Shown: positions 62,878 through 64,000 of the stretch, in pieces
How the letters are laid out: the number at the start of each line of letters is the position of its first letter
Numbering within the stretch: position 1 is the stretch's first letter
Assembly (NCBI GenBank): GCA_024137785.1
Contig: JAHRHZ010000025.1
Location: 23,420,219 to 23,484,218 of the forward strand
Source: Ginglymostoma cirratum
Lineage: Eukaryota
Direction of reading: 5' to 3'
DNA length: 64,000 nucleotides
The notes under the pieces: model-generated
What the model saw: only the letters and a program-made list of their open reading frames with translations
The model's database searches: none
Told to the model about the DNA's origin: nothing
Translations under genes and position numbers: made by a program

Positions 62878-64000
62878 CAAAGAACAAAGAACAATACAGT
62901 GCAGGAACAGGCCCTTCAGCCGTCCAATCCTGCGCTGACACACTTTGCCCTTCTATATTAAAACTGTCTTCACTTACAGGTTCAATATCCCACCCTTTGT
63001 GTGAAAAATGTGCCTCACATATCCCTTTTAAACTTCCGCCACCCAGCACCTTGAACCTGTGTCCCCTAGTAATTGACTCACCAATCTTGGGAAAAAGCCT
63101 CATACTTTCCACTCTATCCATGCCATTCACAATCTTATAAACGTCTATCAGGTGGCTCATCAACCTCCTACATTGCAGTAAAAACAAACCCAGTATACTC
63201 AACCATTCTTCATAGCTAAAATCTCCCATACCAGACAACCAGGTAAACCTTTTCTATGCCCTCTCCAAAGCATCCACATCCTTCTGGTAGTGTGGTGACC
63301 AGAACTGTATGCAATATTCCAAGTGTGGCCTAACTAAAGTTCTGTAAAGCTGCAACATAACTTGCCTATTATCATACTCAATTCTCCTTCCAAAGAAGGC
63401 AAGTATGCAATAGGCCTTTTTTCTTACCTCATCCACCTGCACTGCCACCTTCAGTGATCTGTGGACCTGTACACCCAGGTCCCTCTGTGTATCAATATTC
63501 CTAAGGGTTCTGCCATTCACTGTATAATTTACATCTCTACTTGACCTTCCAACATGTACCATTTCATATTTGTCCAGATTAAACTCCATCTGCTATTTTT
63601 CTGCCCATGCCTCCAACTGAACTACATTCTGCTGTATCCTCTGCGGACCTCCTCACTATCTGCAACTCCACAAACTTTGTATTGTCCGTAAACTTACTAA
63701 TTAGACTAGCCATGTTTTCCTCCAAATCACTTATATCAATCACGAACAGCAGACGTCCCAGCACTAATCCCTGTGGAACACTACTAGTCACAGCCGGCCA
63801 TCCCTTCCACCATTACCCTCTGTCTCCTATGACTAAGCCAGTTCTGTATCCTTTTGCCAGCTCATCCTTGATACCTTGTGACTTCACTGTTTGTACCAGT
63901 CTGTCAAGAGGCACCCTGTCAAAGGCTTTACTGACGTCTATGTAGACAACATCAACTGCCTTTCTCTCATCAATCATCTTTGTCACTTCTTCAAAAAACT
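62878..64000 (-). mobile_element. CR1 LINE RT and 3' end (continues past the window)
   Basis: VPQGLVLGRLLFVIDISDL..SKFTDNTK; QRDLGVQVHRSLK..LYRTLVRPHLEYCIQFWSP. Confidence 0.93.

Overview
Eukaryotic, repeat-dense, apparently non-coding DNA (gene desert or very large intron). The repeat families point to a cartilaginous fish, probably a shark (inferred from recalled family consensus sequences, no search run). They include HE1/V-SINE, DeuSINE, a probable MetaSINE, abundant CR1 LINEs, Penelope-like elements (PLEs), Harbinger, Gypsy, Tx1-type L1 and hAT MITEs. I recognise no intact host gene, and the ORFs I could assign are decayed transposon pieces or their antisense frames. The strongest signal is a set of about 14 PLE-derived insertions from at least four sequence families that carry a minimal hammerhead-ribozyme core (CUGANGA-A-stemII-GAAA-palindrome-UH), with compensatory changes between families. 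Many form fold-back (inverted-arm) elements flanked by 12-17 bp target-site duplications (TSDs), in a graded series from about 1.5 kb down to about 97 bp. Also present: a templated insertion with a 54 bp flanking duplication, an inverted duplication containing an intron-like segment, a tandem cluster of tRNA-like units, a two-gene Harbinger relic, nested transposon stacks, and several unique motif-rich segments that may be enhancers. Boundaries of old repeats are approximate.
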